Assembly: GCA_037142615.1 (NCBI GenBank)
Contig: JBAXAI010000057.1
Span: forward strand, 1 to 15,138
Reading direction: 5' to 3'
Length of the DNA: 15,138 nucleotides
Source of the DNA: Spirochaetales bacterium
Lineage (GTDB): Bacteria; Spirochaetota; Spirochaetia; JABEVK01
Positions within the stretch are counted from its first letter, which is position 1. Every line of letters begins with the position of its first letter. The translations under genes were made by a program, and so were the position numbers. This document shows, in pieces, positions 1 to 6,312 of this stretch. Under the pieces are notes generated by a model, which did no database searches, was not told where the DNA came from, and saw nothing but the letters and a program-made list of their open reading frames with translations.

Positions 1-54
1 CTAAGAAAAGCTTAGGAAGGGCAAAAGTTTGTGTTGACAACGGGGTCCATCATA
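1..54. repeat. Left terminal inverted repeat (probable IS end whose body lies outside the window)
   Basis: 1-54 is the exact reverse complement of 15084-15137. Read outward it begins TATGATGGACCCCGTTGTCAACAC, resembling IS3-family termini (TG/TA..TGGACCCC..ACA). It carries an inward-pointing TTGACA at 34-39. The repeat is directly seen; the IS identity is inference. Confidence 0.9.
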
Positions 55-55
55 G

Positions 56-556
56 CTGGACGCGAGTCTCATCCACAACGCTCTGGCCATGCTGGAATCG
101 CAGGGTCGTCTCAAGGCGCTGATCACCCAGAACATTGACCTGCTTCACCAGAAGGCCGGGAGCAAGCACGTCATCGAGGTTCACGGCTCGCCTACCGTTC
201 ACCGCTGCCTGGATTGTGACCGGGTCTTTGCTTTTGAGACCATGGCGCGTCGCATCCGAAGTGGGGACATTCCGCCACTATGTTCGTGCGGCGGCTTCAT
301 CAAACCGGACATCACCTTCTTTGGGGAGCCACTTCCCGAGGCTGCGTTCCTCGATGCCAGACGCCATGTGATGTTGGCCGACGTGCTTCTGGTGCTGGGG
401 TCGAGCCTTTCCGTGTATCCCGCAGCATCGCTTCCTGAGCTGTGCCTCCAGCACAGCGGGAAGCTGGTCATCGTCAACGACCAACCAACCAGGTACGATG
501 ACCGGTGCACGCTGCGGCTTTGGGATCTGGAAGAGGCGTTTGCCCCGTCTGGGTGA
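56..556 (+). pseudogene. cobB: 5'-truncated Sir2/CobB (NpdA-type) NAD-dependent protein deacylase
   Basis: Motifs HNALAMLE, ITQNIDLLHQKAGS, IEVHGS (catalytic His), CLDC/CSCGG Zn site, KPDITFFGE, VLGSSLSVYPAA, IVN. The frame is open upstream of ATG89 only to 56, with TAG at 53-55 on the repeat junction. The N-terminal GAGxSxxSGIPDFR NAD-binding loop is absent. Confidence 0.85.
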
Positions 557-721
557 CCAAAGAGCCGTGCCGCGCTCAGTGGCGAGCGGTCGCCTTGCGC
601 TAATGCTGGTGTACAATCACTTCGTACTGCCCTGGCTCGAACCACGGTGACTATCGACCTCCCGCACGCAGTCAGCCACTTCGGAACCAATGGTGCACTT
701 CGTACCGGTAGAGTCTTTCTC

Positions 722-1147
722 ATGCTGACGACTCAAGAACGAGCCAGACTTACCCAGATGTTGACGATCGTGGTGAAGGGGAAGGTCTGGCTGCTGGCCC
801 AGGCGAAGGACTCAACGTGGGCGATCCGACTCTCGACTCATCCGACAAAGGTCTTGGCGCGACTGTCTGAGGTTCCCACGTACCGCGAGAGCTGGGATGC
901 CCTTTACTCGGTCATCGTCTCTCCCCCACGAGCCCTCTCAGTGGACGAAATCGCCTCGCTGGGACACCTGCTTCAGCAGCTCCTTTGGACGATGGAGAAT
1001 CTCAGAGCGAGGTCCACCGTCTCAGCGGTCCGGTCGTCGAACCCGGGCCTCTCGCCGCGGGCTGGTGTACAATCCCGCGCGGCTTCGGCTCAGCACGGTC
1101 ACCCGGTCGACGGTAGTTCGGCGGCCGCGATGGACCTCTTGAGGTAA
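722..1147 (+). CDS. Hypothetical protein (141 aa from ATG722; ORF open from GTG647)
   Basis: Protein-like composition to about ...WTMENLRAR. No clear RBS. The low-complexity tail overlaps the 3' end of the Macro gene by 49 nt. Confidence 0.35.
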   Translation: MLTTQERARLTQMLTIVVKGKVWLLAQAKDSTWAIRLSTHPTKVLARLSEVPTYRESWDALYSVIVSPPRALSVDEIASLGHLLQQLLWTMENLRARSTVSAVRSSNPGLSPRAGVQSRAASAQHGHPVDGSSAAAMDLLR

Positions 1148-1602
1148 CCCAGCGTCAGACCAGCAGACCTCTTTCCGCCTTCACCGCAGAACGCCTCGGC
1201 ACCCACCGCAAACGCCACGGAACCGCACCCTAGGTGGTCGGCTAACTGCATCGAAAGTGTTACGCAGGCCTCCAGCTCCCGACGCTCCTGAGAGGTCTTT
1301 GGGAACTGTTCGGGCCCCAAAGCATGAATCAGCGTCCGCGCGGGTAGTAGCCCGGGTACGGTGACGAGCACTCGGCCGGGACGAAGTCCTGGCTCGTTGC
1401 ACAGCCTCTCATACGCCTCGACTACTTCGGTACCGCCGGCCCAGCAGAAGCGATCAGAATGGCTTGGCGAGGGGCCATAGCCAACTTTGACGTTGACCAG
1501 GATGTCCGCCGAGAACCTGGTAATGTCGCCGTCAACAAGACGTATGGTCGTGCCGTTCCATTTCTCTTCGTAGGGGAGTTCAAATTCTCTGGCGTTGGAC
1601 AT
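1099..1602 (-). CDS. Macro-domain (ADP-ribose-binding / YmdB-like) protein with degenerate motifs
   Basis: IRLVDGDIT..ADILVN, GRVLVTVPGLLPARTLIHALGP and LADHLGCGSVAF match the macro fold. AGGAGG RBS 5 nt upstream of the ATG. Confidence 0.8.
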   Translation of the reverse strand: MSNAREFELPYEEKWNGTTIRLVDGDITRFSADILVNVKVGYGPSPSHSDRFCWAGGTEVVEAYERLCNEPGLRPGRVLVTVPGLLPARTLIHALGPEQFPKTSQERRELEACVTLSMQLADHLGCGSVAFAVGAEAFCGEGGKRSAGLTLGYLKRSIAAAELPSTG

Positions 1603-1605
1603 GGG

Positions 1606-1695
1606 GGCCTCCTGAAGTGGCTTTAGCGGTAGGCCGAGGGCCTGGTCCCCGGAAGGGGGCGTTGCCCCGCAAGCGGGAGCTCAAAACGGCAACGC
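1606..1695 (-). ncRNA. SAM-II-like riboswitch, copy A (leader of the Macro gene)
   Basis: Minus strand reads GCGUUGCC-GUUUU-GAGCUCCCG-CUUGC-GG-GGCAACGC, hairpin CCCC/GGGG, hairpin AGGCC/GGCCU, ACC-GCUAAAG, then AGGAGG-CCCCC-AUG. Loop CUCC can pair with SD GGAG. Confidence 0.7.
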
Positions 1696-1701
1696 AGGTT
1701 C

Positions 1702-1730
1702 AGTTGAGACCCTTCGGGGTTGCATGTCAA
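1702..1730 (-). promoter_or_regulatory. Putative sigma70-type promoter for copy A and the Macro gene
   Basis: TTGACA (1730-1725), 17 nt, TCAACT (1707-1702). The predicted +1 (~1695) coincides with the first base of riboswitch P1. The -10 box is non-consensus. Confidence 0.5.
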
Positions 1731-1740
1731 GAAGTTTCGC

Positions 1741-1769
1741 TTGACAGAATGACCAACTGGTGTTCAAAT
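1741..1769 (+). promoter_or_regulatory. Putative sigma70-type promoter for copies B/C and the 10-gene operon
   Basis: TTGACA (1741-1746), 17 nt, TCAAAT (1764-1769) preceded by TGt. The predicted +1 (~1775-1776) coincides with P1 of copy B. Confidence 0.55.
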
Positions 1770-1775
1770 GGAGTC

Positions 1776-1862
1776 ATCGTCGATTTAGTCTCCCACTTGC
1801 GGACGATACCAGAGTTTCTGGTGAAGGGCTACCCAGCCCACTGCTAAAGATTTCTAGGAGGC
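1776..1862 (+). ncRNA. SAM-II-like riboswitch, copy B
   Basis: AUCGUC-GAUUU-AGUCUCC-CA-CUUGC-G-GACGAU, hairpin ACCAGA/UCUGGU (1808-1822), hairpin GGGCU/AGCCC (1826-1839), ACU-GCUAAAG (1840-1849), AGGAGG (1856-1861). GUCUCC can pair with GGAGGC. Matches the SAM-II core GAUUU/UUGC/GCUAAA. Confidence 0.75.
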
Positions 1863-2020
1863 CCCCCAATCCAGCACTATTATTCATGACTCATTGCTGA
1901 CCTAGCCCCGTTCAGAATTTGCGTTGCACTGCGCCATTGGTGCATGACGCTCGGATAGACTTTGGTTCAGGAGGTCAGGCAACAAGGCAACCGCTATCCC
2001 GCATCCCAGTTTGGGATGTC

Positions 2021-2072
2021 TACGCCGTTTTCATCCAACTTGCAGGGCGTAATCACTGCTAAAACGGAGGTG
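2021..2072 (+). ncRNA. SAM-II-like riboswitch, copy C (directly over the RBS of the gene at 2077)
   Basis: UACGCC-GUUUU-CAUCC-AA-CUUGC-AG-GGCGUA-AUCACU-GCUAAAA-C-GGAGG-UGCCAC-AUG. Compact, canonical-sized pseudoknot; loop UCC can pair with SD GGA. Confidence 0.72.
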
Positions 2073-2076
2073 CCAC

Positions 2077-2631
2077 ATGGCATCTTTCACTTTGACCTAT
2101 CGAGACATCGAGCTCGAAGGTGAGATCACACACACGGGCGTCAGCTCGATAGGTGTACAATCCCTGGTCCCCTACGCTGGCCTTAGGGCATCAAAGCACT
2201 ATCCATTCCAAGCGGAGCACGTTCCCAGCCTTGCTGGCCCCAGGGGCCAAGACTGGGCGGCTGCACTTCTGACCCGACTGTACCTGGTCGGTCTCCAGAT
2301 CGAACAGCAACTTCCCCACTTCTTTGGACTCCTTTCAACCTACCGTCAGGAGGCGGCCTACTATCGTGCGTTGCAGGACAACGTCGACTACCAGGACGAC
2401 TGCCGTGAGCAGGTCCGACGACGTCGCGGGCGCTACGACATGGTCGACCACCGGGGCAGCAGACAGCACAGGGTCGATACGGAACTCTGCCAAGGACTAT
2501 TGGACAGGGGCTTGGCGCTCCAAGTCTTTGGCGGCCAATTCAGGCCTCGCCTGCCCGTGGAGACGCTACTGTCCATCGTGGACTACCTGGAAGACAGGAC
2601 AGCTGCCCAACGGGAGGTGCACAATGCCTAA
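2077..2631 (+). CDS. Hypothetical protein, first gene of the operon
   Basis: 184-aa ORF, GGAGG RBS at 2066-2070, stop overlaps the next gene's start. Confidence 0.7.
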   Translation: MASFTLTYRDIELEGEITHTGVSSIGVQSLVPYAGLRASKHYPFQAEHVPSLAGPRGQDWAAALLTRLYLVGLQIEQQLPHFFGLLSTYRQEAAYYRALQDNVDYQDDCREQVRRRRGRYDMVDHRGSRQHRVDTELCQGLLDRGLALQVFGGQFRPRLPVETLLSIVDYLEDRTAAQREVHNA

Positions 2632-3235
2632 CGACTCAATCGACTGGCAACGGGCCATTCCTCTTTTCGTCGGGGACCGCGAGAGGCTCTTTTCAGACAA
2701 GAAGTTACGGCTGGTCACCTTTCCTGACCTCGTTTTCGGGCTGGCGTACATGGGTGGAGGGCACCTTTTCTTGGGTGCCGCCATAATGGGTTGGCATGAT
2801 GGCTACCTCTGCCGACCCTGCCCAAAGTGCGAATCCAAGGCGTGGGTGACATGGGCGGGTGGAAGCCCACTCAGCGGTGCGGGTGCCTGGTCGGGTTACT
2901 GTCCCCGCTGTGGTTATGTCCACGTGAGGGAAAGAGTGACACAGCTCGTCGACCAACCCAAGGTCCGCGGTTACTGGGCCTCACTAGGCTATCAGCCAGT
3001 CCTCCAGAAGGCCTCTCCGTGGATCTTCTCGTTTGTCGATGGTGCGGTCCAACAAGGGAACCTCCAAGAGATCCGACTGCCTGTCCCTGGCTGGGAGGAG
3101 TTCATCAGGGATTACGACGCCTCACTACTGGTTCGAGCCGACGAGATCTTGCCGCAGGAGGACCGCAGCACCAGCTTCGGTCTCACTATCCGGGGCAAGA
3201 CCATCACTCTCGGAACGGAGGCCCACGATGAGTAA
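2624..3235 (+). CDS. Hypothetical Zn-ribbon protein (CPKC...GGSPLSG...CPRCG), 203 aa
   Basis: GGAGG RBS before ATG2624, so the true start is downstream of the ORF-track start at 2324. Two CxxC pairs. Confidence 0.75.
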   Translation: MPNDSIDWQRAIPLFVGDRERLFSDKKLRLVTFPDLVFGLAYMGGGHLFLGAAIMGWHDGYLCRPCPKCESKAWVTWAGGSPLSGAGAWSGYCPRCGYVHVRERVTQLVDQPKVRGYWASLGYQPVLQKASPWIFSFVDGAVQQGNLQEIRLPVPGWEEFIRDYDASLLVRADEILPQEDRSTSFGLTIRGKTITLGTEAHDE

Positions 3236-3716
3236 AACGCAAGGCTCCAAGCTTTGGCTTCGCATGGAAAAAGGCTACAACCGCGCCTACTATTGGCTCG
3301 AAATCAGAGACCACCTGCGCCAGTTGACGGTGCTCTGGGTCGAAGCGCTGGTGGCTGCGGCCCTGATTGCCATTGCCGTGGGTGCCATCTTCCTTCCCGA
3401 GGAAACGGCGCTGGGGCGGGCAGCGGTGGTGGTCATCGCGGCTTTGGCCATTTTCGAACCCCTGCGCCTGTTCGTCTACCTGGTCATCCTGGAGTGGGAG
3501 AAGTTCCGCGACCGCAACAAGGTCGAGCCCTCGCGCAAGGTGGCCATGGAGTACAGCTACTGGCTGTTCATCCGTTTCATGGCGTCCGTCTTTGAGCCCG
3601 ATCCCGAGATCAAAGCGCAGCTCCTCAGCGAGAGGGAGCGGAGCTGGAACCTGCACGGTTCGATGTTTGGCACGTCGGGTACCGACTTCGTCCCTCCCGA
3701 AGGGGTTGCACCATGA
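3228..3716 (+). CDS. Hypothetical membrane protein (about 2 TM), 162 aa
   Basis: GGAGG before ATG3228; hydrophobic VLWVEALVAAALIAIAVGAIFL and AAVVVIAALAIF segments; strong GC3 bias. Confidence 0.75.
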   Translation: MSKTQGSKLWLRMEKGYNRAYYWLEIRDHLRQLTVLWVEALVAAALIAIAVGAIFLPEETALGRAAVVVIAALAIFEPLRLFVYLVILEWEKFRDRNKVEPSRKVAMEYSYWLFIRFMASVFEPDPEIKAQLLSERERSWNLHGSMFGTSGTDFVPPEGVAP

Positions 3717-4090
3717 CTTGGGGCATTGTCGGCTCCCGCAGCTTTCAGGACTGGGACCGGTTCGTCGTCGAGCTCGACAGGCTGATGACCGGGCAGGTCG
3801 TCGACCGTATCGTGTCGGGTGGTGCCGACGGCGCGGACAGCCTCGCTGAGAGGTTCGCCCTCGAGCGCGGTATTCCCCTCACCGTCCACCAGGCCGACTG
3901 GGAGCGCTACCGCTCCAAGGCCGGACCCAAGCGGAACCGGCTGATTGTCCGTGACTCGGACGTCATCGTCGCCTTCTGGGTCGGGGTCAGCACCGGCACC
4001 AAGAACACCATCCGCCGTGCCCGTGAGGCCGGCAAGACCGTACACATCATTTCGATTCCCGAACCAGGAGATTCCCATGAAAACCTTTGA
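3713..4090 (+). CDS. SLOG-superfamily protein (YspA / DUF2493-like)
   Basis: IVGSRSF, IVSGGADGADSLAERFA, ADWERY..AGPKRN..IV..SDVIVAFW...STGTKNTI..A are hallmark motifs. ATGA overlap with the upstream stop. Confidence 0.85.
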   Translation: MTWGIVGSRSFQDWDRFVVELDRLMTGQVVDRIVSGGADGADSLAERFALERGIPLTVHQADWERYRSKAGPKRNRLIVRDSDVIVAFWVGVSTGTKNTIRRAREAGKTVHIISIPEPGDSHENL

Positions 4091-4430
4091 CCTCAAGCGC
4101 CGGTCCGCATTCTTCGTTGGCCTGCTGGTCCGTTACTCGAAAGCCCTCCTTCTGGCGTTGGGCCCGATCCTCCTTTTGGCTCTTGTCTACCTCGCCGTTT
4201 TTGTCATCTGGCAGGACAAAGGCTGGTGGGCCTTCCTCGTCCAATTCCTGAAACTCCAGGTTCTCAGCGGCTGGGTTCCCCGGACGATTCTGACAGTGTT
4301 GCTGCTGATCCCTGCGTTCCTGTTTGCGGCGGCGGCGGTGAAGGCCTACCTGGTCACGCTCCGAGACCCCCAGCTGGCGGAGTTGGAAGTAGCCGAACTG
4401 CGTCGGCGCGCCAGCAAGAGAGGATTGTGA
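4077..4430 (+). CDS. Hypothetical membrane protein, 117 aa
   Basis: AGGAG RBS before ATG4077; two long hydrophobic segments and a basic C-terminal tail. Confidence 0.7.
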   Translation: MKTFDLKRRSAFFVGLLVRYSKALLLALGPILLLALVYLAVFVIWQDKGWWAFLVQFLKLQVLSGWVPRTILTVLLLIPAFLFAAAAVKAYLVTLRDPQLAELEVAELRRRASKRGL

Positions 4431-5059
4431 TGGTTGTCGCTTGTAGCCGGTGTGGTACCGGCATCCCACTTGGACGGTCAATGTGCAGCTCTTGTGCTCA
4501 AGCGGCGACGGCCGAGCACACCATGAAGCTGGCTGAGTACGAGAGTGACCTCCGCCGATGGAACGCCATGTCTGACCGCGAGCGGGACTCGGCGCATCAG
4601 GCGGTCGACCAGCATTCGCTGAGGTGGAGTTTCTTCGGCGTGTTCGCTCTGGCATTTGCCATCGAACTCCTCGCATATGGCTTGGGAAAAGCCGATCTGC
4701 TTCAGCCTGAAGGCATGGTTGTCTACTTGACGACAGGGTGTTTGGCCTGGGTGCTCTACCGCGATGCCTTCGAAGTGACCGCGCGGACAGTCCGCGGCGC
4801 TGTGTACGCTTCGTTGTTCGCGGGCTTCGGTGCGCTCGTTGGTGCCGTGTTCGGATGGATCTTTCCCAGCCCCAGCCTGACCGCTGGTGTGAATGACGTT
4901 CTCAGTGCATTCGGGCTTGGGGCCAAATTCACCGATTCGATCGGCTTGGACGCCACACTGGTTGCCCTGGTGGCGTTCATCGGAGCGATCGTCGTTGAGG
5001 TCAGGATTGGCTGGTCGGGCACCGCCACTCCGACGCGGCCGTCGGCCCCACGCCTCTAG
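4430..5059 (+). CDS. Membrane protein with N-terminal Zn ribbon (CSRC...CSSC) and about 4 TM segments
   Basis: AGAGGA RBS, TGATG overlap, CxxC-x9-CxxC, a coiled segment, then hydrophobic helices. Confidence 0.7.
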   Translation: MVVACSRCGTGIPLGRSMCSSCAQAATAEHTMKLAEYESDLRRWNAMSDRERDSAHQAVDQHSLRWSFFGVFALAFAIELLAYGLGKADLLQPEGMVVYLTTGCLAWVLYRDAFEVTARTVRGAVYASLFAGFGALVGAVFGWIFPSPSLTAGVNDVLSAFGLGAKFTDSIGLDATLVALVAFIGAIVVEVRIGWSGTATPTRPSAPRL

Positions 5060-5068
5060 GAGGGAAAC

Positions 5069-5461
5069 ATGAAACGCAAGACACATCCCATCGCCATCCA
5101 TCCGCTGGAAAGCGAACCAGAACCCTGGCCGTCCACTCCCTTGATCTTCGACCGGTTTGACCTTCGAAAGCGAGGATGGTCACTGACGCTGATCCGGCGT
5201 CATCTGGACCACTGCGAGTTCAGGGTCCCTTCCGGGTACTACGCTGACAAGTGTTGCTACCCGGCGGGGGATGTCATCACCGCCGAAAGTACGGCGGCCT
5301 TTAAGGCTGGATTGGCCGTCACACAAGCAAGAAAAGCGGCCGCCAGATGCCCCCGGATTTTGCGCTGCCTCAAAATCCTCGACTGGGGACCTCGACTTCG
5401 GCTCATCGATTTCCCTCCGATCACTCCAGGCGATTCCAGTGAAACTGGAGGGGAGCAATGA
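5069..5461 (+). CDS. Hypothetical protein (LRKRGWS..LI...L motif typical of phage/plasmid HTH-like proteins)
   Basis: AGGAGG RBS; motif DLRKRGWSLTLIRRHL...Y...V..AEST.AF recalled from mobile-element hypothetical proteins. Confidence 0.65.
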   Translation: MKRKTHPIAIHPLESEPEPWPSTPLIFDRFDLRKRGWSLTLIRRHLDHCEFRVPSGYYADKCCYPAGDVITAESTAAFKAGLAVTQARKAAARCPRILRCLKILDWGPRLRLIDFPPITPGDSSETGGEQ

Positions 5462-5838
5462 CCGAACAGAAGCTGAGAAATGCCGTCGCACTGTGTCTCT
5501 GGACCCTCAGCGGCGCGGTCATGGCCTCCCTGTTCTGGACGTTGGCCGGAGAATCGCCGGTCGCAAGGGTGATCGGAACCGTTTGGGCCCTTTGCCTCAC
5601 TGCAGCCCAGATCCTTCTCTGGCGCTACGGCGGCTGGCGGCGATGGATCACTGTGGGTCTGGAATGCCTGCTCCTGTTCTCGGCTGTGACGATGGCATGG
5701 TCGCGCATTGAGGACGCACGTGCCCGTGAACTTCTGCGGCAGTTGATCAGTGCCGGTCGTGTCGCCATTCCCAAGTCGGTGGAGACCATACCCCGCACAG
5801 AAAAACAAACGATGGAGGCATCATCATGGCAAGTCTGA
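5458..5838 (+). CDS. Hypothetical membrane protein (3 TM)
   Basis: GGAGGG RBS, ATGA overlap, three hydrophobic segments. Confidence 0.65.
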   Translation: MTEQKLRNAVALCLWTLSGAVMASLFWTLAGESPVARVIGTVWALCLTAAQILLWRYGGWRRWITVGLECLLLFSAVTMAWSRIEDARARELLRQLISAGRVAIPKSVETIPRTEKQTMEASSWQV

Positions 5839-6308
5839 AATACGATCAGCTAGAACTTCGATTTGAGTACCGGTACGTGAGCTACTGGGAAAACGGCAAC
5901 ATCTTCCGGATCGGCTATGAGGTCGCCTTCCTTTGGGATGGACAGAGTCTGATCAATCCCCAAGTCATGAACGACGAAACGCCCGGCTCAGAGATCCGGG
6001 AGCTTGGCGGCTTCCTTCCTGTGGCCTTCGAGGAAGAGGGAATGATCGACCTCTTAGAACAAGTTCTGACAGCAGGCCGGGGCGGGGTTTGGGAGCCGTT
6101 GATCCTTCCTGCCATCGAGGTGACCGTAAGGGACCACCGCGACTACTTTTTGATCGACGTGTTCGCCTGCAGTGCCGCCTTCAAGGGATTCGACACCTAC
6201 TCGGGCAACGGCGTGGCACTCCGGCTTGAGGTCGACCGCCCCGAGCTCGAGCAGTTTCTAGCTGACCTGAAGGCAGAATATGCTCAGCTGCTGAAAGAGG
6301 CAGGGTGA
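5826..6308 (+). CDS. Hypothetical acidic protein, possibly WapI-like immunity protein
   Basis: GGAGG RBS; beta-rich with WEP...P and a C-terminal LEQFLADLKAEY helix. Family assignment is tentative. Confidence 0.65.
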   Translation: MASLKYDQLELRFEYRYVSYWENGNIFRIGYEVAFLWDGQSLINPQVMNDETPGSEIRELGGFLPVAFEEEGMIDLLEQVLTAGRGGVWEPLILPAIEVTVRDHRDYFLIDVFACSAAFKGFDTYSGNGVALRLEVDRPELEQFLADLKAEYAQLLKEAG

Positions 6309-6312
6309 AGCC

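Noticed and set aside
34-62. Hybrid promoter from the repeat's TTGACA
   Set aside because: At 16-18 nt spacing neither junction gives a credible -10 (TGGACG on the left, TACTCG on the right).
56-1602. SirTM-macrodomain operon or ThsA-type Sir2 defence system
   Set aside because: The sirtuin has classical CobB/NpdA deacylase motifs with a Zn site and catalytic His, is convergent with the Macro gene, and is not fused to SLOG or Macro.
1631-1722. Plus-strand hairpins with GGAA, CAAG and UUCG loops suggesting a plus-strand ncRNA or hammerhead ribozyme
   Set aside because: No CUGANGA/GAAA core. Better explained as the antisense of copy A; the UUCG hairpin lies in the promoter spacer.
1617-1847. 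76-aa plus-strand ORF
   Set aside because: No RBS or protein-like features; it overlies the divergent promoters and riboswitch copies A and B.
2324-2623. N-terminal extensions of ORF-track calls starting at 2324, 3033, 3945 and 4226
   Set aside because: They overlap upstream genes; SD-preceded starts are at 2624, 3228, 4077 and 4430.
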